NCBI GenBank assembly: GCA_027858595.1
Contig: JAQICK010000097.1
Span: 1-32,440 of the forward strand
Source of the DNA: Melioribacteraceae bacterium
GTDB taxonomy: Bacteria > Bacteroidota > Ignavibacteria > Ignavibacteriales > Melioribacteraceae
DNA length: 32,440 nt
Reading direction: 5' to 3'
The notes under the pieces were generated by a model. That model ran no database searches. It was given only the letters and a program-made list of their open reading frames with translations, and was not told the origin of the DNA. Numbering within the stretch: the first letter of the stretch is position 1; the number at the start of each line of letters is the position of its first letter. Shown here in pieces: positions 15,826 through 24,058 of the stretch. The translations under genes were made by a program, and so were the position numbers.

Positions 15826-17458
15826 GGGTTTGCTGAAAAGCTCTATCCCCGCATAAATAAAGGGTCATGATAATAATAAACATGAAAAAGTGCAAATGTA
15901 TTAATATATTGTGTTCAAAAACCGTGCATTTTTTATAAGGAAAAAGGTCATCTTACATTACAAAAGTGAAAATCAAATAGAGTTATTCGAGTTTGAACAT
16001 CCCTTTGGTGGCAAATTAGACCCAACGAACAGATGGGTAAAGTTATCAAAAATACTACCGTGGGAAGAACTCATTAGCATTTACGGAAAAAGTTTATCAA
16101 CCAGTAAGGGAAGATACGGCATAGATGGACGACTAGCCGTAGGCAGTTTGATAATAAAACATAGATTAGGTTTAAGTGATAGAGAAGTAATCTCTATGAT
16201 TCAAGAAAATATTTATTTGCAATATTTTCTTGGTTTTCACAGTTTTAAGAAAGAGCCAGCATTTGATTCTTCCTTGTTTGTTCATTTACGCAAACGCTTA
16301 GGTTCAGTAGCCTTCGATGAAATGACGCAATTGATAATATCAGCTTCAGAGAGGATAAAGAACAAGAAGAACACAAAAACTTCATCAGATAATGTTTCGA
16401 CAGATAAAACTGACGGACATCATAAGAAAAAGCCAAACAAAGGAAAACTAAAGATAGATGCAACAGTAGCCGACCAAATGATAGAATACCCTACAGACCA
16501 TAGTCTGTTAAACAATGCTCGTGAAAAAAGCGAGAAAATAATTGATACACTCTACAAACAAACAGATTTGCGACAGAAGCCCCGTACTTATAGAAGGAAT
16601 GCTAGAAAAGCATATTTAAGTTTTTCAAAGATGAAAAAAAGAAGTAGGAAACAGATACGCAAAGCAGTAGGCAAACAACTCAGATACCTTAGCCGGAACA
16701 TAGGTCATATTCACAAATTGTTAGATATTTTTGATGAGAAAGAATTTCCATTAAGTAAAAAAGAGCAGAAGATATTTTGGATAATCCAAGAACTCTATAG
16801 GCAACAAGAGGAGATGTATAGAGAACACAAACATAGTACAAAAGATAGAATAGTCAATATTCATCAGCCTTATGTTCGTCCAATACCAAGGGGCAAAGCA
16901 AAATCACAGACTGAATTTGGAGCAAAAATAGGAGTATCTCTCGTAGAAGGCTTTAGCAGAATAACCACACTTAGTTGGGATGCTTATAGTGAGTCTAAGG
17001 ATTTAGAGAAACAAGTAGAAGATTACAATACACTTTACGGATGCTATCCCGAAGTGGTTCTAGCTGACAAAGCATATCTGACACGAGAGAATCGCAAATA
17101 TTTAAGAGAACTTGAAATACGAGTAACTGGGGCACCTATTGGGAGACCTAAAAAAGAGGAATCATATTATGAAAAAGCTAAGAAACGGAAAGAGAATAAT
17201 CAAAGAAATCACATAGAGGGTAAATTTGGTCAAGCAAAAAATGCTTACGGTTTAAGTAAAATAAGAGCCAGAAGACAAGACACATCTGAAAGCTGGATAG
17301 CTTCAATATTCTTTGTAATGAATTTGGTTAAATTCTTACATCTTTTTTATGCTCTTAAAAAGAAAGCATATTATTCCTTTATTGAGTCCTTTTTACTAAA
17401 TCAAATTATATTGAAACTTAGATTTAAGATTATTCTTCTTTAGAAATTCAGCAAGCCC
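15826..17458 (+). mobile_element. IS5-superfamily insertion sequence (IS1182-like by size), 1633 bp
   Basis: Terminal inverted repeats are GGGTTTGCTGAA (15826-15837) and TTCAGCAAGCCC (17447-17458), matching at 11 of 12 positions. They are flanked by TAATTA on both sides (15820-15825 and 17459-17464). There is a single transposase ORF. Confidence 0.85.
15911..17443 (+). CDS. IS5/IS1182-type DDE transposase with an InsH-like (DUF772) N-terminal domain
   Basis: 510 aa. N-terminal part: NRWVKLSKILPWEEL...DGRLAVGSLIIKHRLGLSDREVISMIQENIYLQYFLGF. C-terminal part: LADKAYLTRENRKYL...NHIEGKFGQAKNAYGLSKIRARRQDTSESWIASIFFVMNL. The start is GTG 15911 and no in-frame ATG is nearby, so it is uncertain. Confidence 0.9.
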   Translation: MFKNRAFFIRKKVILHYKSENQIELFEFEHPFGGKLDPTNRWVKLSKILPWEELISIYGKSLSTSKGRYGIDGRLAVGSLIIKHRLGLSDREVISMIQENIYLQYFLGFHSFKKEPAFDSSLFVHLRKRLGSVAFDEMTQLIISASERIKNKKNTKTSSDNVSTDKTDGHHKKKPNKGKLKIDATVADQMIEYPTDHSLLNNAREKSEKIIDTLYKQTDLRQKPRTYRRNARKAYLSFSKMKKRSRKQIRKAVGKQLRYLSRNIGHIHKLLDIFDEKEFPLSKKEQKIFWIIQELYRQQEEMYREHKHSTKDRIVNIHQPYVRPIPRGKAKSQTEFGAKIGVSLVEGFSRITTLSWDAYSESKDLEKQVEDYNTLYGCYPEVVLADKAYLTRENRKYLRELEIRVTGAPIGRPKKEESYYEKAKKRKENNQRNHIEGKFGQAKNAYGLSKIRARRQDTSESWIASIFFVMNLVKFLHLFYALKKKAYYSFIESFLLNQIILKLRFKIILL

Positions 17459-18240
17459 TAATTAGAATAGATTGATAGAATATCTTCTCTATCTGAATAC
17501 AATAATCCCGAAAGAATAATTTTTCCATTTGGAACTGTTAATTTGACAATAGATTCTGCAATGTCTAATAATATATGCTTATTAATATTGGCTAAAATTA
17601 AATCAAACGGTTCATCTTTTACATTACTAATTTCTGAAAGCCTAACCTCAACACTTGATTCAACTTTATTAAGTAAAATATTTTCATTCCCATTTTCTAT
17701 ACACCACTCGTCGTTATCAATTCCAACAACGTTTTCTGCACCCAAAAGCGATGCGGCAATTCCAAGAACTCCTGTTCCACTTCCAACATCTAGCACCCGT
17801 TTAGCATTTCCAATATGGTTTTCTAAAAATTGAAGAACCAATTTTGTTGTTTCATGCTCCCCTGTTCCGAAAGACATTTTAGGATCAATTGTAATAACAA
17901 GCTGATTCTCCTTTGGTTTGTATTCTCTAAATGTAGGCTTAATCACAATTCTGTCGTTTACTTCAATAACATTAATTGTCTTTTCCCATTCTGCATTCCA
18001 ATTTATTTCTTCAATGCTACTTTCAACAACCAAAAAGTTTTCAATTAAATTTTCACTTTTAATTTTTTCTAAAAATTCTTCTATTTCATGTTTTGATATT
18101 TCACTTTCGCCTTTTGCAAAAATAACCAAATTATTGTCGTATTCGTTTATGCCCTCAATGTCTAGTTGCCAAAGTAAGCCACTTAGTAAATCAACGTTAT
18201 ACGGTGTTGCTGTAATATTAAATTGTTTATGTGTTTTCAT
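17458..18240 (-). CDS. prmA: Ribosomal protein L11 methyltransferase, 3'-truncated by IS insertion (the stop codon spans the IS end)
   Basis: 260 aa with the PrmA pattern FGTGEHETTKL and the SAM motif VLDVGSGTGVLGIAA. The TAG stop at 17458-17460 uses the last base of the IS inverted repeat. Confidence 0.9.
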   Translation of the reverse strand: MKTHKQFNITATPYNVDLLSGLLWQLDIEGINEYDNNLVIFAKGESEISKHEIEEFLEKIKSENLIENFLVVESSIEEINWNAEWEKTINVIEVNDRIVIKPTFREYKPKENQLVITIDPKMSFGTGEHETTKLVLQFLENHIGNAKRVLDVGSGTGVLGIAASLLGAENVVGIDNDEWCIENGNENILLNKVESSVEVRLSEISNVKDEPFDLILANINKHILLDIAESIVKLTVPNGKIILSGLLYSDREDILSIYSN

Positions 18241-18289
18241 ATGTTTGGAACCTTTTCTTCAAAGTTGATTAGAATTCATTTTCTTTAAT

Positions 18290-18365
18290 GAGATTCCCGA
18301 TAACCCCGAAGGGATGCCTTTGGCAGAACATTCCCCGAAAAACACTGGGGACAGGCAGGAATGAC
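18290..18365 (-). repeat. GC-rich structured intergenic element (GTCATTCC...GGGAATCTC), copy D
   Basis: The minus strand reads GTCATTCCtgcctgtccccagtgtttttcggggaatgttctgccaaaggcatcccttcggggttatcGGGAATCTC. It contains TGCC-aaa-GGCA and a CCC-TTCG-GGG tetraloop hairpin. It is much more GC-rich than its surroundings and sits between dacB and prmA. Confidence 0.4.
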
Positions 18366-18402
18366 ACGATTTTAGACAATTCACTTTTCCCTAAATTGAA
18401 TT

Positions 18403-19821
18403 CTACTCCATGTTGGAAAGTATTTCACAAATTTCATCTTGGAAATTTCTAGCGGTGCGTGCACTACCAACAAAATTTTGTGTGTTTATTGAAAAAGAAA
18501 TTAAATCGCCACTTTTAGAATGCAGATAACCAGATAGTGCACTCACTCCACTTAGGGTTCCTGTTTTGGCGTGAACATTATTATGAGCAGTTCCTTTTTT
18601 CATTCTATCTTTAAGTGAACCATCAACACCAGCAATAGGAAATGAGTTATAAAGCACATCAAATAATTTTGGATGATACAAGTTCATATAAATTAATATT
18701 TCATTCAACAATTCATCAGAGACAAGATTGTAGTGTGAAACACCTGAACCATCTACAAGTCTGTAATTTTTTGGGTTTAGACCCACCTCTACTATTAAAC
18801 TATCAAGAAGCTTTATACCTTTTTTAGCCGAGGCATATTTCCCATATCTTTCAAATGCCATAGCACGCAAGGTCATTTCTGTGCTTAGGTTATCACTATC
18901 TTTATTAAGATTTATAATTACTTCACTAAAAAGTCTTTCTTTTGTTACAATTTCTTTTGCATTATCTGGAGCTATTTTAATTCCACAAGTTCCATCAAAA
19001 CCTATTTTGTTTTTTTGCAAAGTCTCTTTAGCAAGAGTTAAAAAATATTTATTTGTGTGTCTAAGGTTTACCATTATAGTATCTGGTTCTGCATCAACAA
19101 ACAATCCGCCTTCCAGAATTAATGAATCGCTTCTGTTAATCCAATCTCTGCTTACTATTAAATCAGATGTGTCATTATCAACTGTAACAATATTGTTAGT
19201 AAACTTAAAATAGTTAGATTCTGGAATTGTAAATATACTTGCCTTTTCGCCCAACAATGATGGTGCAATTACCACATACATTGAAACGTCATTTATAACA
19301 AGTGGTGTCATGTATGGGAAATTATATGAAGGATCATCATCCCACATCCAACCGTTCCCCCAGAAAAGTGAATCCATGTTGGAAACATCTGAGTAGATAT
19401 TTCCAGTAATTTTATTTATGCCTTCATCTTTTAATTGCATTATCATTGTATCTAAATCTGCTGATGTAAAATCAGGATCAAATCCACCAATGAAATAGAG
19501 ATTACCATTTAAAACTGAATCTTCAATTTTTCCATCATATTTTATTTTTGTTTTAAATTTATATTCTGGACCAAGAAAGCATAGAGCAGTTGTAGTTGTA
19601 ATTAGCTTCATGTTTGAGGCAGGTCTGAAAAGAAGCTTTTCGTTATGCCTAAAAACAATTTCTTTCTTGGTTATATTATATGCATCAACGCCAACTTGGC
19701 ATGTCTTGAAAAATGGATCACACAACAGATATTCTAATTCATCAGCAGTAGTGAATTTTTTTTCTTGTGCAAAAAAACTGGTTGTAAATAGAACGAATAA
19801 AACGGCAAATAATTTCTTCAT
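18403..19821 (-). CDS. dacB: D-alanyl-D-alanine carboxypeptidase/endopeptidase, PBP4 (peptidase S13)
   Basis: Signal peptide MKKLFAVLFVLFTTSFFA, SxxK motif SNMK, DGSGVS, and KTG in KTGTLSGVSALSGY. Confidence 0.9.
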   Translation of the reverse strand: MKKLFAVLFVLFTTSFFAQEKKFTTADELEYLLCDPFFKTCQVGVDAYNITKKEIVFRHNEKLLFRPASNMKLITTTTALCFLGPEYKFKTKIKYDGKIEDSVLNGNLYFIGGFDPDFTSADLDTMIMQLKDEGINKITGNIYSDVSNMDSLFWGNGWMWDDDPSYNFPYMTPLVINDVSMYVVIAPSLLGEKASIFTIPESNYFKFTNNIVTVDNDTSDLIVSRDWINRSDSLILEGGLFVDAEPDTIMVNLRHTNKYFLTLAKETLQKNKIGFDGTCGIKIAPDNAKEIVTKERLFSEVIINLNKDSDNLSTEMTLRAMAFERYGKYASAKKGIKLLDSLIVEVGLNPKNYRLVDGSGVSHYNLVSDELLNEILIYMNLYHPKLFDVLYNSFPIAGVDGSLKDRMKKGTAHNNVHAKTGTLSGVSALSGYLHSKSGDLISFSINTQNFVGSARTARNFQDEICEILSNME

Positions 19822-21179
19822 TAAAAATACTCCCTTTCTCTAAAGTTAGCTCCAATTTCATTTATTACAAATTGTTTTGCATTTTCTGTGTCAACTGAAC
19901 TAAGACCCACAATAGACATTACAACGTTGGTATATTCTTTGGCCTTCTTTGCAAAGTCAATCATTTCAGCATGAAGACTTTCATCCACGCGCATTAATTT
20001 TGCGTATTGAACTTTATCTGTGGAATTTAAACTAATTGAAACAGTATCAATTGTATCTTTTAATTCTGAAGTAATATCACGTTTATTAATAAAATTACCG
20101 TGGCCATCACTATTCATCCTAGTTTTGCCCCCGTTTGCTTTTACATAGGTTGCAATCTCTTTTACAACTTCCCATCGGATTGTTGGCTCGCCATATCCAC
20201 AGAAAACAATTTCATTGTATTTTGAAGGATCACCAATTTCAGAAATGTATACTGATGCTTCCGGTTCCTCAGCCTTACTCATTTTAAGACTATAGCCATT
20301 TATAACAGCATCACCTTTTCTGTCACAGAAAACACAATCCGAATTGCATCTGTTTGTAACATTTACATACAGAGATTCGCCAATTTGATATGTAAAACTT
20401 AATTTCATTCTCTCTCCAATTCCAAAAAGTTTGAATGCATTCCACGAAGTTGTACGAGCAACATCTTCAATTCTTAAATGATGAGTTTCAGCAACAACTT
20501 CTGCTATAAGTGGAATATGTTTCGACTCGTTTCGCTTTCCTCTGTGTGGCACTGGAGTTAAAAACGGAGAATCTGTTTCGAGCAAAATATTTTCGACACT
20601 TACTTTTGATAACACTTCACGAATACTATCGGCATTTTTGAAAGTTATGTTTCCAGTAAACGAAATGTAGTGCCCCATCTCAACTAATTCTCTTGCATTT
20701 TCAACTGTTCCAGCAAAACAATGATATTGGGCTTTGAGTGATGTGTCTTTATACTTTCGAGCAAATTCCATTATATCATCATTCGAATCGCGGTTGTGAA
20801 TAATGACAGGTAAATCAAGTTCTAAAGCTAATTGAATTTGTTTATCAAACGCTTGATGTTGTTTATTCTTTGGCGAAAAGTCGTAAAAATAATCGAGACC
20901 AATTTCACCAATGGCAACAACCTTTTTGTGTTTTGCTAATTCTCTTATTTCATCTATCCAAGTGTCATCCCAATCTTTTGTGTCGTGTGGATGAACTCCA
21001 ACAGCAGCATAAACAGATTCATATTTTTCAGCTAATGCAATAGCTTGTTTGGAAGTCTCAATATCTGTTCCAGGAACAAGCATATATTTCACTCCAGAAT
21101 CCAGAGCGTTTTTAATTACTTCGTCTCTATCTTCATCAAAATTTTTGAGAAATAGATGTGTGTGTGAGTCTATAAACAT
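19821..21179 (-). CDS. TatD-family metal-dependent hydrolase fused to a TatD-associated radical SAM domain
   Basis: The N-terminal ~255 aa are TatD-like (MFIDSHTHL, GEIGLDY, ETDSPFL). The C-terminal ~190 aa carry NVTNRCNSDCVFC (CX3CX2C) and FCGYGEPT. The stop overlaps the dacB ATG by 1 nt (TAATG at 19819-19823). Confidence 0.85.
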   Translation of the reverse strand: MFIDSHTHLFLKNFDEDRDEVIKNALDSGVKYMLVPGTDIETSKQAIALAEKYESVYAAVGVHPHDTKDWDDTWIDEIRELAKHKKVVAIGEIGLDYFYDFSPKNKQHQAFDKQIQLALELDLPVIIHNRDSNDDIMEFARKYKDTSLKAQYHCFAGTVENARELVEMGHYISFTGNITFKNADSIREVLSKVSVENILLETDSPFLTPVPHRGKRNESKHIPLIAEVVAETHHLRIEDVARTTSWNAFKLFGIGERMKLSFTYQIGESLYVNVTNRCNSDCVFCDRKGDAVINGYSLKMSKAEEPEASVYISEIGDPSKYNEIVFCGYGEPTIRWEVVKEIATYVKANGGKTRMNSDGHGNFINKRDITSELKDTIDTVSISLNSTDKVQYAKLMRVDESLHAEMIDFAKKAKEYTNVVMSIVGLSSVDTENAKQFVINEIGANFREREYF

Positions 21180-21355
21180 AACTTTAAAATCCTAAATTAT
21201 AAACCTTAAAAGTCAACTAAATTTCAAACGATAAAACATAAATTACAAATAAACTCCAAAGAGAAAAAAAACAAATTCAAAACTTAAGTTTGTCTTTTCT
21301 GATTTTGGATTTGTGATTTATTTGTTTTTTATTATTTGAAATTAGGTGCTTGTTG

Positions 21356-22351
21356 TTAATCAACAGTTCCCATTACAAAACAATCTTCATTTATATCCGC
21401 AGCAATCGATTTTAATTTTTCCACATCATCTTTATCAACAATTGCTATCATCCCAATTCCAATATTAAATGCTTTACGCATTTCTTCATCTGAAATATTT
21501 CCAGTTGTTTTAATTAATTTAAATATTGGTGGAAGTTCCCATGAATTCCAATCGATGTTTAAACTTAATCCTTCTGGTAAAACGCGATTTGTATTACCAA
21601 CTATTCCGCCACCGGTTATATGAGAGAACGCGTGAACATCCATTTTATTAATAATAGTTTGGATTAAATTAAGATACGATTTATGAACTTGAAGTAATTC
21701 TTCACCAATGCTGTTTTCTAATCCTTCTGGTTTATCGTGAGCTGAGTATTTTTCAAACAATACTTTTCTTGCTAGCGAATACCCATTAGTGTGCAACCCT
21801 GTAGAGGGAAATCCTACAAGTACATCACCTTGCTTAACTTTATCGCCATTTAGGATTTTCGATTTTTCAATAATTCCAACAATTGTTCCTGACATATCAT
21901 ATTCTTTTTCAGCATAAAGACCTGGCATTTCAGCAGTTTCACCACCAATGAGAGCAACGCCGTTTTCACGGCAGGCTTTACCAAAACCTTCCATAATTTT
22001 TTCAGCTACTTTAGGAACAAGTTTTCCAAATGCCATGTAATCCATAAAGTATTGAGGAATTGCTCCACCTACTGCAATATCATTTACACAATGATTTACA
22101 AGGTCCTGACCTACTGTATCATGCTTATCCATCATGAAAGCAACTTTAAGTTTAGTACCAACTCCATCAACGCTAGATACTAGAACTGGATTTTCATATT
22201 TCATAAAATCCATTTCATAGAAAGCACCAAAATGCCCAATTCCTGAAAGGACATTTTTATTAAAAGTTGATTTTACTATTTCCTTAATTTTATCAACTGT
22301 CTCTTCTCCAGCTTTAATATCTACACCAGAATCTTTGTAGGAAATGCTCAT
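21356..22351 (-). CDS. purM: Phosphoribosylformylglycinamidine cyclo-ligase (AIR synthetase)
   Basis: SYKDSGVDIKAGEE, DGVGTKL and GGETAEMPG are PurM motifs. I prefer ATG 22351 (MSISYKD...) over the TTG at 22363 used by the track. Confidence 0.93.
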   Translation of the reverse strand: MSISYKDSGVDIKAGEETVDKIKEIVKSTFNKNVLSGIGHFGAFYEMDFMKYENPVLVSSVDGVGTKLKVAFMMDKHDTVGQDLVNHCVNDIAVGGAIPQYFMDYMAFGKLVPKVAEKIMEGFGKACRENGVALIGGETAEMPGLYAEKEYDMSGTIVGIIEKSKILNGDKVKQGDVLVGFPSTGLHTNGYSLARKVLFEKYSAHDKPEGLENSIGEELLQVHKSYLNLIQTIINKMDVHAFSHITGGGIVGNTNRVLPEGLSLNIDWNSWELPPIFKLIKTTGNISDEEMRKAFNIGIGMIAIVDKDDVEKLKSIAADINEDCFVMGTVD

Positions 22352-22473
22352 TTTTTGTTCCAATATTTATGTTATTTATAAAGTGCAAAGATACAGATTT
22401 TCAAGTAAAATAAATTTGAGATTTTTGGACTATTCTACTGAGTTACAAGGAGGAGAAAATTAAATTCGGCTTC

Positions 22474-22558
22474 CATTGTGTAACTTTCTTTTCCTTTGTG
22501 GTAGAATCTTTTGAACTTTTCCACAGAACTTCACAGAGAAACTCGAAGCTACACAGTG
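22474..22558. repeat. Paired inverted array of CTTTGTG / CACAGAG-type motifs (no gene inside)
   Basis: CATTGTGTAACtttcttttcCTTTGTGG (22474-22501) stands against CCACAGAActtCACAGAGaaactcgaagCTACACAGTG (22521-22558). The outer decamers CATTGTGTAA / CTACACAGTG are complementary at 8 of 10 positions, with a 19-nt spacer. Confidence 0.45.
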
Positions 22559-22665
22559 ACTAATTCCATAAAATTAATTATTTGAATTGCTTCTTAAAGT
22601 TAAATGGAATAATTTTATTAGTTGAAAAAAAATAATTTAGTTTATAAATAACTTTAAAGGTTGCT

Positions 22666-23829
22666 ATGAAAATTCACGAATATCAAGCAAAAGAAATTTT
22701 AAGAAAGTACAATGTTCCAGTGCCAAATGGCAAAGTTGCATACACAGTTGATGAAGCTGTTGCTGTAGCAAAAGAGATTGGTGGAAAAATTAGAGTTGTA
22801 AAAGCTCAAATCCACGCTGGTGGAAGAGGCCTCGGTGGTGGAGTTAAAGTTGTTAAAGGACTTACAGAAGTTCGCAAATATGCAAAACAAATTCTTGGAA
22901 TGAATTTAATTACACATCAAACTGGTCCTGAAGGAACAATTGTAAAACGACTACTAGTTGAGCAAGGCGTAAACATTGAAAAAGAATTTTATGTTGGAAT
23001 TACGCTTGATCGTGCATCTTCAAAAAATACTGTTATGGTTTCCACAGAAGGCGGAATGGAAATTGAAAAAGTTGCAGCTGAATCGCCAGAAAAAATAATT
23101 AAAGAATCAGTTGATCCTTCAGTTGGTTTACAAGCATACCAAGCAAGAGCTTTAGCTTTTGGATTAGGCCTTGAAGGAATTCAATTCAAAAATGCAGTTA
23201 AGTTTTTACTTAGTCTATACAAAGCATTTTACGAAACAGATGCATCAATTGCCGAAATCAATCCTTTAGTTGTTACTAAAGAAGGTGATGTAATGGCATT
23301 GGATGCGAAAATGAATTTTGACGATAACGCAATGTTCAAGCATAAAGACATTTTCGCTTATCGCGATTTAGATGAAGAAGATCCATTAGAAATTGAAGCA
23401 TCAAAATATAATTTAAATTATATAAAATTAGATGGTAACGTTGGCTGTATGGTTAATGGTGCCGGACTTGCAATGGCTACAATGGATATTATTAAACTTG
23501 CTGGTGGTGATCCTGCAAACTTCCTAGATGTTGGTGGTTCGGCAAATAAAGAAACTGTTGCAGCTGGATTTAAGATTATTCTTACAGATCCAAAAGTGAA
23601 AGCAATTTTAATTAACATCTTTGGTGGAATTGTAAGATGCGACCGTGTTGCTCAAGGTGTTATTGATGCAGTTAATCAAGAAAAAGTTACAATACCAATT
23701 ATTGTACGTCTTGATGGAACAAACGCTGAAGAGGCTCAAGTATTGTTGAACAAATCAAAAATGAATTTTGAAGTTGCTGCAACATTAAAAGATGCTGCTG
23801 AAAAAGTTACTGCTGTTTTAGCAAAATAA
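22666..23829 (+). CDS. sucC: Succinyl-CoA synthetase (ADP-forming) beta subunit
   Basis: [20 protein letters not shown]..., 387 aa, with the ATP-grasp and CoA-ligase pattern of SucC including [15 protein letters not shown]. Confidence 0.95.
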   Translation: MKIHEYQAKEILRKYNVPVPNGKVAYTVDEAVAVAKEIGGKIRVVKAQIHAGGRGLGGGVKVVKGLTEVRKYAKQILGMNLITHQTGPEGTIVKRLLVEQGVNIEKEFYVGITLDRASSKNTVMVSTEGGMEIEKVAAESPEKIIKESVDPSVGLQAYQARALAFGLGLEGIQFKNAVKFLLSLYKAFYETDASIAEINPLVVTKEGDVMALDAKMNFDDNAMFKHKDIFAYRDLDEEDPLEIEASKYNLNYIKLDGNVGCMVNGAGLAMATMDIIKLAGGDPANFLDVGGSANKETVAAGFKIILTDPKVKAILINIFGGIVRCDRVAQGVIDAVNQEKVTIPIIVRLDGTNAEEAQVLLNKSKMNFEVAATLKDAAEKVTAVLAK

Positions 23830-23850
23830 ATTTCGGCTAAATATATATTA

Positions 23851-23881
23851 AAAAAGGTCATTCGTTTGAATGACCTTTTTT
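23851..23881 (+). terminator. Intrinsic terminator of sucC
   Basis: AAAAAGGTCATTC-gttt-GAATGACCTTTTT followed by more T residues, 22 nt after the stop. The stem contains the GTCATTC/GAATGAC motif. Confidence 0.8.
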
Positions 23882-24028
23882 GTTTTTAAAATTATTTCTA
23901 GACCTAATCACTTCTGCTCTATTCTAAAATAAGACAGGTCTCAATATTTCAAACCTTCGAGGTTTTGACTACAAAAACAAAAAAATCTTAAACAAGCAAA
24001 GTAGTTAAATGATTAAAGTTGAATGCAT

Positions 24029-24050
24029 AAAAAACCTCGAAGGTTTTTTA
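24029..24050 (-). terminator. Intrinsic terminator of dnaG
   Basis: On the minus strand AAAACC-ttcga-GGTTTT is followed by TTTT, 9 nt after the dnaG stop. Confidence 0.6.
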
Positions 24051-24058
24051 TGAAAACT

